A stretch of DNA of 64,000 nucleotides from an uncultured cyanobacterium (GCA_963793265.1 CAWBZI010000005.1:192001-256000), one strand, 5' to 3'. Shown: positions 43,744 through 54,751, counted from the stretch's first letter. Made by a program: numbers and translations. The notes: generated by a model not told the origin, from the letters alone.

Positions 43744-44007
43744 ATGCCTCCACGTTGGCCCCGCAAACCCGATCCCGCAAACGATCCTGCACTCAGGAAG
43801 CTAGAGGATCGTATTAACTTCGCGGTGCATGTCGCTGGGTTTGCCCTAGTAAATTCTAGTGTTTGGTTTTTCAATACGCTTAATCCAGGATCTTTGCCAC
43901 AGGCGAAAATAGTGACGCTTGTGACGCTAACGATTTTGCTGACGAACGCGGTTTGTATTTTTGTGATCGCTGACTACTCACCCAAAAAAGTAGACACTGG
44001 CCCATAG
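43744..44007 (+). CDS. Small 2TM membrane protein
   Basis: MPPRWPRKP start, INFAVHV, two hydrophobic helices. Confidence 0.7.
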   Translation: MPPRWPRKPDPANDPALRKLEDRINFAVHVAGFALVNSSVWFFNTLNPGSLPQAKIVTLVTLTILLTNAVCIFVIADYSPKKVDTGP

Positions 44008-44129
44008 CGAAACTATTGATCCTTTAGGTAGTTTCCGTACCTCCTGCGCTCTTTTACACTAAAAGTTGACTAGCTTTGACCGATTATTGCAAAGCATCTT
44101 TAGATAAGAACGTATAGAAGGAGCGCACT

Positions 44130-44438
44130 ATGGCCAATGCAAACTCGACAGAACTTTTAGAATCGCTGGCCGCTGAAATTGGCGAGAACATTTACATGGA
44201 CATTGCTAAGTGGCATTTGTATTTAGGCGTTGCCAAGCTACATACGCCGCTAGCCGAGAAGCTACTGCCTTTAGTAACTGCTGGCAACGTATCAGAAGAC
44301 GGCGTAACTAAAGTCTTACAAGACATTCCAATTAAGGTAGGCGGCGGTCGCAAAACCCTTTCCTTGGCCGAGCTGATGCCAATGCAATGCCACGTTAATT
44401 TGATTGATTTACTCGAAGACTTTCAGAGGCAGATGTAG
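44130..44438 (+). CDS. DUF3181-like protein
   Basis: IGENIYMDIAKWHLYL, IKVGGG; AAGGAG RBS. Confidence 0.8.
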   Translation: MANANSTELLESLAAEIGENIYMDIAKWHLYLGVAKLHTPLAEKLLPLVTAGNVSEDGVTKVLQDIPIKVGGGRKTLSLAELMPMQCHVNLIDLLEDFQRQM

Positions 44439-44570
44439 CAAGATCTAACAGATCTCATCGTTCCTTTACTGGTTTCTTCAAAATTTCTATCCAAAATACC
44501 TTTCTAATAAAGAAGATAAAAGTTAACCTAAGTATATATATGGTTCATTCAACTTCTAGTTAGGAAAACG

Positions 44571-45005
44571 ATGGGTATTTTCGAATTTGTGTTTGGTAAG
44601 GGCGCGCCTAAAGACGACACTCAGGGCAAGCAGGCGTTTTATCTAAGCGACGATGAAGCTAAGAGCTTTGGCGACATCGACTACATGCGCTCGGTCAAGA
44701 CGGTAAAGCGTACTTTCGCCAAGAAGAAAGGCGAAGAGAAGCATATGGAGAGCGTTCGCCAAATCTCTGCCACTAAGATGACTGACTTGGACGGCAACCA
44801 GAGCAGCGCTTCTGTAGCAGCACCGACTACGTTTGGAAACACTGATTTCTTAGGCGCTAGCAAGTCTGCTAACGATGAAGCTGTAAAATCTACACCTGCG
44901 CCAACAACGTCTGCGCCGACGGCTCAGTCTACGCAGCCTCGCCGTAAGCCAAGTTCTAACGATATGGACTTGTTCCGCAATATGGCTAAGGACATCCGTA
45001 AATAA
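44571..45005 (+). CDS. Conserved hypothetical protein
   Basis: FYL.DDEAKSFGDIDYMR and MDLFRNMAKDI motifs. Confidence 0.75.
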   Translation: MGIFEFVFGKGAPKDDTQGKQAFYLSDDEAKSFGDIDYMRSVKTVKRTFAKKKGEEKHMESVRQISATKMTDLDGNQSSASVAAPTTFGNTDFLGASKSANDEAVKSTPAPTTSAPTAQSTQPRRKPSSNDMDLFRNMAKDIRK

Positions 45006-45070
45006 GGCGGTAGGCAGGGCGAACAAAACGCTTTTGAAGGTCGCATAAAGCGAGTCCCTTAAAAACATTT

Positions 45071-45105
45071 AACGATGATTGGTAGTTGCCGGTCATCGTT
45101 TTTTT
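45071..45105 (+). terminator. Intrinsic terminator
   Basis: AACGATGATTGG-tagttg-CCGGTCATCGTT followed by a T run. Confidence 0.75.
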
Positions 45106-45124
45106 GTGCGTGGCTGATTTAAGA

Positions 45125-46489
45125 TCAACTGCTGAATGTGAGCGTTGGTGCAACTTTACGGGCCAAGGTGACGACTCTGGTGGCCATAAGTCCGCTGAGG
45201 GCTAGCCAAAGCAAGTGTGGGCTTTGTAGATAGTTGGCTACTAAGGCAAGGGGTAAGAAGCCGAGAAAGGCGGCGATCAAAGTGGCATTGCGTAGGGTGC
45301 GACTAGCGGTAAGGCCGAGAAAGTAGCCGTCTAGGGTAAAGGCGATCGCGCCAAAGCCCAGCACGGGCAGCAGCCAAACAGCATACGTCGAAACTTGACT
45401 AAGCAAAATAGTGTGGCTCGTAAGCAGGCTAAAAAGCGGCGTGGGCCAAGTGATGATAAGCAGAGCGATCGCTAATCCTAAAAACAAGCTTCCCACCACA
45501 CCCAGCAACAGCAGCCAGTACAAATCGCCAGCAGCTTTTCGCCCATAAAAATTGCCTGCATAGCTCTCGACCGCCAGCGCCACCCCATCCATAAAGTGAG
45601 CCGCCATCAGCACAATCTGAATCAGCAGCGTGTTAACGCCTAGAACCGTATTGCCCATGCCCGAGCTGAAGTTGGTAAATAGCGACATCGATATCACCAG
45701 CGCAAACGTGCGAATCAGGATATCTAAATTGAGTCCGAACAAACTCTTTAGCGCCGCTGCCTGCCAAAGGCGAGGTTTGATACGAGCCCACAAATGCCAC
45801 GGGATGCGGCTGGTAAGAATTAAAATTGACCCTGCTGCTAGCATCAAATACTGACTCAGCGCAGTCGCCAGGCCCGCGCCATAGCTACCCCAGCCCAACA
45901 GCCGAATAAACCAGTAGTCCATGAAAATATTGCTGGCATTACCCACAACTGCGAGTATCACCACCTGCTTTCCTTGAGCGCGACCCAGCATCCAGCCCAG
46001 CAGCACAAAATTCACCAAAACCGCAGGTGCCCCTAAAATCCGCCCGTTATAAAAGTCTGTAGCAGCGGCTCTCACGTCTAGGTCAGCTTGTAACAACGAA
46101 AGCCCAGCAGCAGCAATCGGCACTCTCAACAGCCAGACCGTAATACCTACCCCTAGAGCCAGCAGTGAGTTTCGCACCAAAATTAACCATACGTCGGTCG
46201 CATCACCGCTCTGTTGCGCTCTACCTACCGCTTGAGCAGTTGGCCCGGTTGTGCCCATCCGAAAAAAATTAAAGCTCCAGTAAATCACGTTGAAAATAAT
46301 TGAGGCTAGGGCCACACCATTCAAATAGCGGATGTCTTCTAAATGGCCCAAAAAAGCGGTATCGATGAGGCCAGCAAGCGGCACCATCAGGTTTGAGGCA
46401 GTATTTGCCGCAGCTAGTCGGCAAAACGGCAAAACCCATCCTTTCGTTCTAGATAATTTAGGCAGCAGATGAGTCAGTAAATCGTTCAT
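45125..46489 (-). CDS. MATE (DinF-like) efflux transporter
   Basis: SNLMVPLAGLIDTAFLGHL, FFRMGTTG.TAQA, about 12 TM. Start uncertain. Confidence 0.9.
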   Translation of the reverse strand: MNDLLTHLLPKLSRTKGWVLPFCRLAAANTASNLMVPLAGLIDTAFLGHLEDIRYLNGVALASIIFNVIYWSFNFFRMGTTGPTAQAVGRAQQSGDATDVWLILVRNSLLALGVGITVWLLRVPIAAAGLSLLQADLDVRAAATDFYNGRILGAPAVLVNFVLLGWMLGRAQGKQVVILAVVGNASNIFMDYWFIRLLGWGSYGAGLATALSQYLMLAAGSILILTSRIPWHLWARIKPRLWQAAALKSLFGLNLDILIRTFALVISMSLFTNFSSGMGNTVLGVNTLLIQIVLMAAHFMDGVALAVESYAGNFYGRKAAGDLYWLLLLGVVGSLFLGLAIALLIITWPTPLFSLLTSHTILLSQVSTYAVWLLPVLGFGAIAFTLDGYFLGLTASRTLRNATLIAAFLGFLPLALVANYLQSPHLLWLALSGLMATRVVTLARKVAPTLTFSS

Positions 46490-46709
46490 CGAACAAAGAT
46501 AATCCGTTTTGTCAATACCTTCTGTCACCACATTGGGCAATCTACAACTATAGCGCTGAAGACCTTTCATGCTGAAGACATTACGGACACACCAGCGGCT
46601 TCACATAAAAAATAAGTGATTCTCGGCACGCCAATATTGACTGCGCCATCCACACTCTGTAATTGATAGCGCCTCCAGCTTTAAGAAAACGTTCGGGTAA
46701 AGACATCTC

Positions 46710-48290
46710 ATGAATCGCAGTGGCCTTACAGTTTTAAGTATCACCACACTTTTGAGCAGCTTTGTAGCAGGTAGCCTGCTAGCGCCTTCGGCGGCTCAAG
46801 CTAATGACGTGTCGCCTCTCAGCGTGGAGGAGACTTTTGACACCGTTATCCTGCCTGTTTTTAACGTAGATACGACAGAATATACCGAAGCACCTCTAGA
46901 TGAAATTTACGAGATGGATGCTTCTACAGAGTTTGAGATGGAGCCCCAGGTTCTACCTGAAGTCTTACCCAACTTAGAGGCAGAGGTGGAGCTGACACCC
47001 ACGGTTTCGCCTTCGGTGACCGCTTACAACCAAGGGGTACGTGACTATAAGGATAGTGAGTATGCAATGGCAGTTGCTAGCTTTAATATGGCGATCGCAT
47101 CCAACCCCAACTACGCTGAAGCCTACGTCTTTAGAGCTGCCGCTCAGCGCAAACTCAACGATCCCACAGCGGCTATGGCCGACTACGTATCAGCCATTTC
47201 AGTTCGCCCAGACTACGCACTCGCCTACTTTTCTAAAGGCGCACTCTTCTATGAAATGGGTGAACTCGCCGCCGCCTTAGAAGACTTTCAGCAGGCCATC
47301 ACGCTCAATCCTAGCTACGTAGAAGCCTACGACTACTTGGGCCTGACCGAAGCAGCTACCGGCAACCATACAGGCGCTCTGGTCAGCTACGACAGCGCTT
47401 TGAGCTTAGATCCTCTATACGCCCCGGCTCACGCACACAAGGGCGCAACTCTCATTGAGCTAGGCGAATACGACAGCGCGATTTCTCACCTCACAACCGC
47501 CATCGAAAACAGTGACGACTACGCAGCAGCCTTTCTCAACCGAGGCGTTGCCTACTACCATCTCGGCACTTTCACCGCTGCTCTCAAAGATATTAATGAG
47601 TCGCTCGATATCTATTCCGATGGAACTGAAGCCTTTTTCAATCGCAGCTACGTCTACTCTGCACTAGGCCGTCCTCGCGATGCGCTAGCCGATATCAACA
47701 CAGTGCTAACCCGCCAGCCTAACTCGGTAGAAGCCTATATGGCCCGAGGGAGTTTGTATAACGCTCAGGGCGAGAACGATAAGGCGATCGCTGACTTCAA
47801 CCGCGTGATTGAGCTAGACGCTTACTCTAGCGCGGCCTATCAGCAGCGAGCCCGAGCCCGCGTAGACAACAATAATGTACCAGAGGCGATCGCTGACTAC
47901 GACAGCGCGCTGAGCCTAAACCCCATTGACGAAGGTATCTATAAAGGCCGCGCCGACGCCTACGCCATTTACGGCAACCTGCCTGCTGCCATCGCTGACT
48001 ACACCTACGCCATCGAGCTAAACAACAACAATGCTGGTGCCTATGCCGCTCGCGGTCGGGCGCTGTACGAGTCAGGTGATGCGCACAATGCCTATCAAGA
48101 CTTCTCTCACATTATTCGCCAAAACCCTTCTGCAAGCGCTGACGTTTACTACTATCGCGGCCTTTCATTGATTGCAATTGGCGATAGCTACGCGGCCCAA
48201 GGCGATTTGCAAACGGCTGCTGAACGCTATTTGGCTGACGGCAGAGCTGACGGCTACCGCGCTGTGCTAGACCGCATGAGAAGGCTATAA
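46710..48290 (+). CDS. Secreted TPR-repeat protein
   Basis: Signal peptide ending AQA, acidic linker, many TPR units. Confidence 0.88.
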   Translation: MNRSGLTVLSITTLLSSFVAGSLLAPSAAQANDVSPLSVEETFDTVILPVFNVDTTEYTEAPLDEIYEMDASTEFEMEPQVLPEVLPNLEAEVELTPTVSPSVTAYNQGVRDYKDSEYAMAVASFNMAIASNPNYAEAYVFRAAAQRKLNDPTAAMADYVSAISVRPDYALAYFSKGALFYEMGELAAALEDFQQAITLNPSYVEAYDYLGLTEAATGNHTGALVSYDSALSLDPLYAPAHAHKGATLIELGEYDSAISHLTTAIENSDDYAAAFLNRGVAYYHLGTFTAALKDINESLDIYSDGTEAFFNRSYVYSALGRPRDALADINTVLTRQPNSVEAYMARGSLYNAQGENDKAIADFNRVIELDAYSSAAYQQRARARVDNNNVPEAIADYDSALSLNPIDEGIYKGRADAYAIYGNLPAAIADYTYAIELNNNNAGAYAARGRALYESGDAHNAYQDFSHIIRQNPSASADVYYYRGLSLIAIGDSYAAQGDLQTAAERYLADGRADGYRAVLDRMRRL

Positions 48291-48374
48291 CCTCCACTGT
48301 CTGAAGACGGCGGCTTAGGAAAAAACTATTCTGGTAAGGGGCTGTACACTAAGTACGGCCCTTTTTATTGTTGA

Positions 48375-48953
48375 TTGATGACTCAGCGCAGGTCTTTTTG
48401 GCTTCGGCTTAATTCTCTTCTTAAGCGGTACAGCTCAGCTTTTATCTCCACTTGTTTGCTGTTAGCGATTGTCTTTTCTCTATTAGCTTTTGCCAGCGCA
48501 CCTGCGATCGCCTCCATCCACACTTACAACGAAAGACCAGGGCAAACGACTTTTCGCTCTAAACAAAGTCTGCGTGATAGAAGCGACAGATCCTGGCAAG
48601 TTATTCTCTTCAAGCGCTATCAAGCTGATGACTTACAAGGTCTATACCTCCGCCTCATCGGCTTTCCTGGTATGGTTTCTCTTGACCCGCAAAAGTCTCT
48701 TAAAATTGCCACAGGTGCTAGCGCTCAATGGCAGGCAATACCAGCGTTAGATCCGCAAACACAATCACTGCCTGAGAACGCTGCTCAATATGATGTAGCT
48801 GTTGCGATCACCGATCTATCCGGCGATATTCCCCTTCAAGTAGACATTCCTTTAGCTGACGGCAGCATCGCGCAGCTTGTGGTTCCGCCCTTCGCAGTTC
48901 ACGAATGGCGTGACCTCAATGCCCAATCGCCTCAAGCTTCCTCCCCAGCATGA
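48375..48953 (+). CDS. DUF3122-like exported protein
   Basis: RSKQSLRD...[20 protein letters not shown]. Confidence 0.75.
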   Translation: MMTQRRSFWLRLNSLLKRYSSAFISTCLLLAIVFSLLAFASAPAIASIHTYNERPGQTTFRSKQSLRDRSDRSWQVILFKRYQADDLQGLYLRLIGFPGMVSLDPQKSLKIATGASAQWQAIPALDPQTQSLPENAAQYDVAVAITDLSGDIPLQVDIPLADGSIAQLVVPPFAVHEWRDLNAQSPQASSPA

Positions 48954-49849
48954 TAAGAACTTCGCACTAGAGGCCCAGAGCGCACGTGTGCAAACCCCAT
49001 GTCTTTTGCGATCGCCCCTAGCTCATCAAATTCTGCAGGCGTCCAATACTTTTGCACGGCCAAATGCTCTAAGGAAGGGCGCATGTACTGTCCGATTGTG
49101 AAGCGATCGCAATCCACCCGCCTCAAATCTTCCATAGCCTCTATCAGCTCATCCTTCGTTTCACCATGGCCCACCATCAGCCCAGACTTTGTAGGCACTG
49201 ACGGATCAGTGGCTTTTACGTAGCGGAGGACATCGAGCGATCGCTCATACTTAGCCCCTCGTCTTACTGGCCCCTGTAACCGCTTCACCGTCTCTACGTT
49301 GTGATTGAAGCAGGCTGGTTTTGCCTGCACTACGGTTTCTACGCGCGATCGCTGCTGCACCTCAGAATCCTTCCCGCTCCAAAAATCAGGCGTCAGCACC
49401 TCAATCTTCGTCTCAGGATTACTCATCCGAATCGCATCCATCGTCTTCACAAACCACCCTGCCCCGCCATCAGCCAAATCATCTCGCGCCACCGCCGTCA
49501 GCACCACATACCGCAATCCCAGTAGCGCCACAGACTCCGCCACCTTCTGCGGCTCCGCCTCGTCCAACGGCATCGGCGAGTGCCCCTTATCTACCTGACA
49601 AAACGCACAGCTCCGCGTACAGGTCGGCCCCATCAGCAAAAAAGTCGCCGTTTGGTTGGCGTAGCACTCCCCCCGATTCGGACAGCGCCCCTCCTCACAA
49701 ATAGTATGAATCTGCCGCTGCTTAATCACCTTTTGCACAGCCGATAGCTCGCTTGCCTTACCAATGGGCCTGCGCAGCCAGTCGGGCATAGCGATAATTT
49801 CAGGTCTGGGCCGGGTCATTTTAGCTGGCTGATTAGGAGCAGTAGACAT
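48932..49849 (-). CDS. lipA: Lipoyl synthase
   Basis: [12 protein letters not shown] plus radical [18 protein letters not shown]. Confidence 0.96.
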   Translation of the reverse strand: MSTAPNQPAKMTRPRPEIIAMPDWLRRPIGKASELSAVQKVIKQRQIHTICEEGRCPNRGECYANQTATFLLMGPTCTRSCAFCQVDKGHSPMPLDEAEPQKVAESVALLGLRYVVLTAVARDDLADGGAGWFVKTMDAIRMSNPETKIEVLTPDFWSGKDSEVQQRSRVETVVQAKPACFNHNVETVKRLQGPVRRGAKYERSLDVLRYVKATDPSVPTKSGLMVGHGETKDELIEAMEDLRRVDCDRFTIGQYMRPSLEHLAVQKYWTPAEFDELGAIAKDMGFAHVRSGPLVRSSYHAGEEA

Positions 49850-50021
49850 AGTGAAGCAAAGCCAGGATTAAAGTTTCTTTATTTTACAGTTTGCTCATCC
49901 TTGTGATCTGGGCAACTTTAAAGCAAGCGTCTACTAGAAACAAGCGTTTGCCCAAAAGGTTTACTCAAAAAAGCTATAGGGCGTAAATCTTTCTTCATTT
50001 TGCCAGTCAAAGGAGTCCGTC

Positions 50022-50570
50022 GTGGCCAACAAAATTTTAGTGATCGACGACAGCCGAGTCATTCGCGCCCGTGTAAGAGACATGCTGCCTCAGGGCAACT
50101 TTGAGGTGATTGAGGCCAAAGATGGCGTCGAAGGCATTGATGCGATTCGCGCCCAAAAGCCCAACCTGATTATGCTGGACTTTTTGCTACCTCGCATGAG
50201 CGGCTACGAAGTCTTTCAAGAAATTCAAGCTCAGCCCGAGTTTCAAAAGATCCCACTGGTAATGATGTCGGGTCGCCGCGAAGAACTCACCGAAAAAATT
50301 CAAGAGCCCTTCGAGTTTTTCGAGTTTATTGAAAAACCCTTCGAGCAAAAAGAACTCATCGGTGCCATCAAAGGCGCAATGGCCAAAGCTCGTAAAGCCC
50401 GCCCACAAGCCGCTGTCCCGGCTGCTGCAACTAGCACCGCCACAGGCATCAATTCCTCCGCTGAAATCGCAGCTCTGCAAGCGCAAATCGACACGCTGAC
50501 AAAAGATGTCGCTGCCCTTAAGGCTCAAAATAATAAGATTCTGGCCTTTATCAAAAAGAAGCTGGCATAG
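50022..50570 (+). CDS. Response regulator receiver with coiled-coil tail
   Basis: ILVIDD, MLDFLLP, KPF; AAGGAG RBS. Confidence 0.9.
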   Translation: MANKILVIDDSRVIRARVRDMLPQGNFEVIEAKDGVEGIDAIRAQKPNLIMLDFLLPRMSGYEVFQEIQAQPEFQKIPLVMMSGRREELTEKIQEPFEFFEFIEKPFEQKELIGAIKGAMAKARKARPQAAVPAAATSTATGINSSAEIAALQAQIDTLTKDVAALKAQNNKILAFIKKKLA

Positions 50571-50616
50571 GTTGGAGTACATCCCTCAGCATTCGACAAT
50601 TGTTTTTTCACGATTC

Positions 50617-50640
50617 AAGCCTGTTTACGCAGGCTTTTTT
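50617..50640 (+). terminator. Intrinsic terminator
   Basis: AAGCCTG-tttacg-CAGGCTT followed by TTTT. Confidence 0.7.
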
Positions 50641-50752
50641 GATCTATATTTTCAAGTGTACTGATTCGCATACGTGTCTACACGCGACAGGAGGAAGAGA
50701 GCGCTGCTATTGTATGGTTACAAGCAAATCATTCATCGTCGGATCTCGACTC

Positions 50753-51307
50753 ATGACTTCAGAACAGATGCTTTTGGACAAATGGCATAGTCTTCCCGAA
50801 CTACAGCAAAAGATGGTACTGGATTTTGTGTCGATGCTCTATAACCGAAAGCCGCCGCTTGCTGAGAGTTCACAACCTACGTCCATATCCAAGCAAATTG
50901 CAGATAGCAATCTACCACCGCTAGAAATTCCTGAGTCTGAGCGACAGCGTGTATTAAAACGTATCAAGCAGGCGCAGCGTGAAAGACCTGAGATGCTGAA
51001 GCGGATGAAGCGGCGACAGCAGAAGGGATGGGAAGCAGCTCGCAGGATTGCAAAAATGCTAAAGCAAGATTATGGCGCAGAGCGCGTCGTTTTGTTCGGC
51101 TCACTGTTGAATCACGAATACATGCATGATTGTTCAGATATTGATATTGCTGTTTGGGGTCTTGATAACCGTTTGGATGACAGAGCATGGATAGCAGCCA
51201 ATTATATTCTTAGCCCTTATGAATTTCCGCCGCTAGATTTAGTGCCAATTGAGAAAGCTTATCCAGAGATTAGAGAAGTCATCGAAACGCAGGGCGTAGA
51301 ACTGTGA
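50753..51307 (+). CDS. Nucleotidyltransferase antitoxin with DUF2281-like N-terminal module
   Basis: LLDKWHSLPELQQKMVLDFV, then LFGSLL...SDIDIAVWGL. Start could be 50714 or 50753. Confidence 0.8.
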   Translation: MTSEQMLLDKWHSLPELQQKMVLDFVSMLYNRKPPLAESSQPTSISKQIADSNLPPLEIPESERQRVLKRIKQAQRERPEMLKRMKRRQQKGWEAARRIAKMLKQDYGAERVVLFGSLLNHEYMHDCSDIDIAVWGLDNRLDDRAWIAANYILSPYEFPPLDLVPIEKAYPEIREVIETQGVEL

Positions 51308-51641
51308 ACCATGAGCAGCTTTTTCATCGGATACAAGTTGAGCTATGCAAGATGGAACGGGCTGTGCAAGAGACTGATGAGGCGATCGCAGCCCTAAGTA
51401 TTGTTACAACACCGGGCGCATACAACACCATTGTAGGTGGCATCTCTTTGAACATACACGGCTTCTACACGGGAGTTGAGCGGATTCTGCGTGCTTAGCA
51501 TTCCGTCATGTTGTGCGGAATAACTACACCCATGCTCTAGATGTCGATAAGGTGCTACAAAACGCCTCGCAATTACCTGATTGCTTCTATCGATTCACGG
51601 CAGATTGTTTGGCGTTTCAACAAGCGCTTACTAAGAAGTGA
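51304..51641 (+). pseudogene. HepT-like HEPN toxin, internally deleted and frameshifted
   Basis: N-part SLNIHGFYTGVERIL stops at 51498. Another frame continues LAFRHVVRNNYTHALDVDKV to TGA at 51641. Confidence 0.8.
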
Positions 51642-51710
51642 ATGAAGTTTCTGGCGCACAACGCTATACGCCATCATAGAAAACGTTAGTGAGAAATAGA
51701 AGTTTTTTAT

Positions 51711-52109
51711 ATGAATGACGAGAATATGACTGGTGGAAATACGCTTTGGGTTGTTGCTGAAACAACAGAGGTAGTTGAGGAAGAGGTTGAGGTTGAGGGG
51801 CGTAGGGGAGGGGTCGATCGCGGGGGCGGATTCAATATTCCAGGACGTGTATTTGAAGCAGCGCAGGTTGTGGTTACTCGTAAGCGTGTGCCGCTAGATG
51901 CCAAAGCGCTAAAGGCACAAATGCAAGGAATGTTAGCTGTCGTGAATGAGCTGTTCGATCAGGCCACAACACAGACGGGACTACAGTTAAACGAGGTAGA
52001 GCTATCGGTAGAGATAAATGCGGAGGGGCAGCTTAGCCTAGTGGGCAATGGTGGCAAGCTCGGGAATAAGGGCGGCATTAAGCTAAAGTTTGTTCGTCCG
52101 ACTCAATAA
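51711..52109 (+). CDS. Pepco/Trypco-like (peptidase co-occurring) domain protein
   Basis: LNEVELSVEINAEGQLSLVG.GG.LG.KGGIKLKF.R signature. Confidence 0.7.
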   Translation: MNDENMTGGNTLWVVAETTEVVEEEVEVEGRRGGVDRGGGFNIPGRVFEAAQVVVTRKRVPLDAKALKAQMQGMLAVVNELFDQATTQTGLQLNEVELSVEINAEGQLSLVGNGGKLGNKGGIKLKFVRPTQ

Positions 52110-52286
52110 GCAATATTACAAGAGTGTCATTCTCGCTGCTGCAAAAGGGCAATGGATAGCCGTGATGATATGTCTATCGGGTTTCAGTTTTTGAAACCCG
52201 GCAATTGTTTGTTGCATAGATTGCCACACTGGCAATGATAAGCAACAAATTAATATCACACAGCTATTCACTCACTAAGGCACGTT

Positions 52287-53219
52287 ATGAAACGCTTGCA
52301 GCTCGCCCTTTTGACAGGTTCCATCATTGCCCTTAGCGGACTCACTAGCTGCGCCGGGCCGCTCGATGATAGTCAAACGGAATCTGCTGTGGCAGAGCCT
52401 TCTATTGAAATAGGCACGGCGGCAGATAGCGCGATCGCTCCAGATACCGTCGCTCGAGCACCAGAATCTACCGTTCAAGAAACAGTAGATTCTAGCAATC
52501 CGACTGCTAAAGCGCAGGTCAGCCGACGCCCGCAGCTTATCAAAAAGGCCAATCTCTCACTTGACGTAGACTCTGTTGAGGAGAGCTTTAATAAAGTAAG
52601 AGAGATTGTGAACATGCAACAGGGCGACGTGCTGTCTCTAAACGACCGTGGCAGCTCTCAAGCGGACGATTTGAAGAAAGATCGACGGCGAATAGAGTTT
52701 GAAATGCGGGTGCCGCGGCAGAATTTGGATGCGACGCTGGATGCGCTAACTGAATTGGGGACTGTGCGCGGTCGTACTATTACCACAGAAGACGTTTCCG
52801 CCCAGCTTGTCGATGTGCAGGCAAGAATAAACAACTCACGCAAGTCAGAAGCCGCGTTACAAGAAATTATGTCTCGCTCAGGAGAAATCGATGATGTGCT
52901 AGAAGTCTCTCGTGAGCTAGGCGAAGTAAGACAGGATATTGAGCGAATGTCTGCGCAGCAAAAAAGCTGGCAAACTCAGGTGCGCTACTCCACTATCAGT
53001 CTTACCTTAGAAAGCATCGTGGCTGTTTCCGCCACGCAGGAAGAACCCACCTTTTCTAGCCAAATTAGTGGCTCTTGGAAATCGGCAACTAGCTCTGTAG
53101 GTGGCTTTACCACTGATCTTTTACAGCTCGGTATTTGGCTGCTGGCCTACAGCCCTTACCTTGCCGCCATACTCTGTGGCGCGGCGATCGCCCGCCAGGC
53201 TACCCGCCCTTCTTCATAG
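52287..53219 (+). CDS. DUF4349-like lipoprotein
   Basis: Lipobox LTSC, LIKKA.L.L.V, EDVSAQLVD, YSTI.L, C-terminal TM. Confidence 0.82.
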   Translation: MKRLQLALLTGSIIALSGLTSCAGPLDDSQTESAVAEPSIEIGTAADSAIAPDTVARAPESTVQETVDSSNPTAKAQVSRRPQLIKKANLSLDVDSVEESFNKVREIVNMQQGDVLSLNDRGSSQADDLKKDRRRIEFEMRVPRQNLDATLDALTELGTVRGRTITTEDVSAQLVDVQARINNSRKSEAALQEIMSRSGEIDDVLEVSRELGEVRQDIERMSAQQKSWQTQVRYSTISLTLESIVAVSATQEEPTFSSQISGSWKSATSSVGGFTTDLLQLGIWLLAYSPYLAAILCGAAIARQATRPSS

Positions 53220-53246
53220 CGCAAAGCGATCGAACCCGACAGCTAT

Positions 53247-54419
53247 CTAGCCTACGGGAACTGTTTCAGGAACAGCTGCAAGCATAGCTTGGGTCTGCGC
53301 GCCTCTGAGCACAGGATCGTTCATGGCGCGCTGCGTGTACACTTCTGGGCTAAGTGCGATCGCCCGCCTCAAATGCTCCACTGCAAAATGCACATTCTTC
53401 AAAAACGCATAGCAGCGAGCCTGACGATAGAACGCAAAGGGCTGATCGGGCTCAATCGAAAGCGATTTATTGTAGGCGTCCACCGCCTGCTGATAATCGC
53501 CCATTTTTTCTAGCGACCAGCCCAAACTTAGCCAGCTTTTGTAGTCATAAGCCTGAAACTTCAGCGCTGTCTCAAAGCTATTGTGGGCCTCTGGGTAGCG
53601 GCGCATATTCATTAGGGCAAGTCCGCGATGATACCAGGAGCTAGAAACCGTAGGATCTATATCAACTGCCTGATCAAAGCAAGCTAGGGCCTCGTGATAT
53701 CGGCCTAATCGCTTTAGCAAAAATCCTTTATATGTCCAGTTAAGATACTGATCGGGAGCCAGTTTGATTGCCTTTTCAAACTGCCTAATGGCGGCTTCGT
53801 CTTTTTTTTGATACATCAGAGCCTGGCCTAAGCTGCCCCATATTTTAGCGGCGTGTGGATTGAGTGCGATCGCCTTCTCCAGGCTCGCCACCGCCTCATC
53901 TAATCGCTTCAGCTTAATCAATACTTTGCCTCTACCGTACCAAAGCTCGTAAGCATCTTCTTTGGTCGCTAGCGCTTTTTCATAGCTCTCTAATGCTTCT
54001 TTGTAACGCGCAAGGCGATACAAATTTTTGCTTTTACCATACATAGCTTTGAAGTAGAAGGGGGATACTACCAGTGCGCGCTCAAAGTTTTCAACAGCTT
54101 CACTATAGTATCCCAGGCGCTCTAAAACCGTGCCGTAGTTATACCAAATGCGCGGCGCATCAGATTTGATATAAATAGCGCGAACATAAGCCCCCATCGC
54201 CTCAGGATATCTGCCTGCACGCGCTAGGAAATAGCTGATATAGCACCAAGCCATAAAGCTTTCAGGCACTTCATGAAGAACGCGCTCATATGTATGAATT
54301 TTCTGTGTGAAGTTAACGTCTGCGGCAACTGAAAAGACACCGCGAGCGTCTTCGTTGACTGGGGGTGTCTGTGTAGGTGAAATGTCTATGGTGGAAGCAT
54401 CGGCGGAGGCGTAATCCAT
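53247..54419 (-). CDS. TPR-repeat protein
   Basis: About 9 TPR units (WY..G..L..L.RY.EA). ATG at 54419 preferred. Confidence 0.88.
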   Translation of the reverse strand: MDYASADASTIDISPTQTPPVNEDARGVFSVAADVNFTQKIHTYERVLHEVPESFMAWCYISYFLARAGRYPEAMGAYVRAIYIKSDAPRIWYNYGTVLERLGYYSEAVENFERALVVSPFYFKAMYGKSKNLYRLARYKEALESYEKALATKEDAYELWYGRGKVLIKLKRLDEAVASLEKAIALNPHAAKIWGSLGQALMYQKKDEAAIRQFEKAIKLAPDQYLNWTYKGFLLKRLGRYHEALACFDQAVDIDPTVSSSWYHRGLALMNMRRYPEAHNSFETALKFQAYDYKSWLSLGWSLEKMGDYQQAVDAYNKSLSIEPDQPFAFYRQARCYAFLKNVHFAVEHLRRAIALSPEVYTQRAMNDPVLRGAQTQAMLAAVPETVPVG

Positions 54420-54751
54420 GACTGAAGCGGAATGGCTATAAGCCGTCAGTAAAGAGTAAGAATATTTAAGTAGAAACACTTAAGCAAGCCAGTACGTTTC
54501 CATACTCAGCTTCTTAATCTATTATCGGCAAAATATCTAAGAATGGCCTTCAAAAGCTCACGGATGAAACAGGTGTTTACTTCATTCATGAATTGACTAC
54601 GAATTGCCTATCTATTGTTCCAAAAGTCGCCGCATTTCATCTTTGTCTAGGCAAGTTAAGGTTGCCCGCCCTAAATTGCCGATCTGCCTTAAGCAGTTTG
54701 TGCCGGTGCGTGCTATTCTGCAAAATCAACATACATTCAGGTTTCTCCTCC

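Noticed and set aside
50600..50713. Track's long N-terminus for the second MNT
   Set aside because: Runs through the response regulator's terminator hairpin; the downstream ATGs fit better.
52178..52200. Hairpin CGGGTTTCA-gtttt-TGAAACCCG as a riboswitch or ncRNA
   Set aside because: Isolated stem with no recognisable aptamer motifs; at most a weak terminator or degenerate REP.
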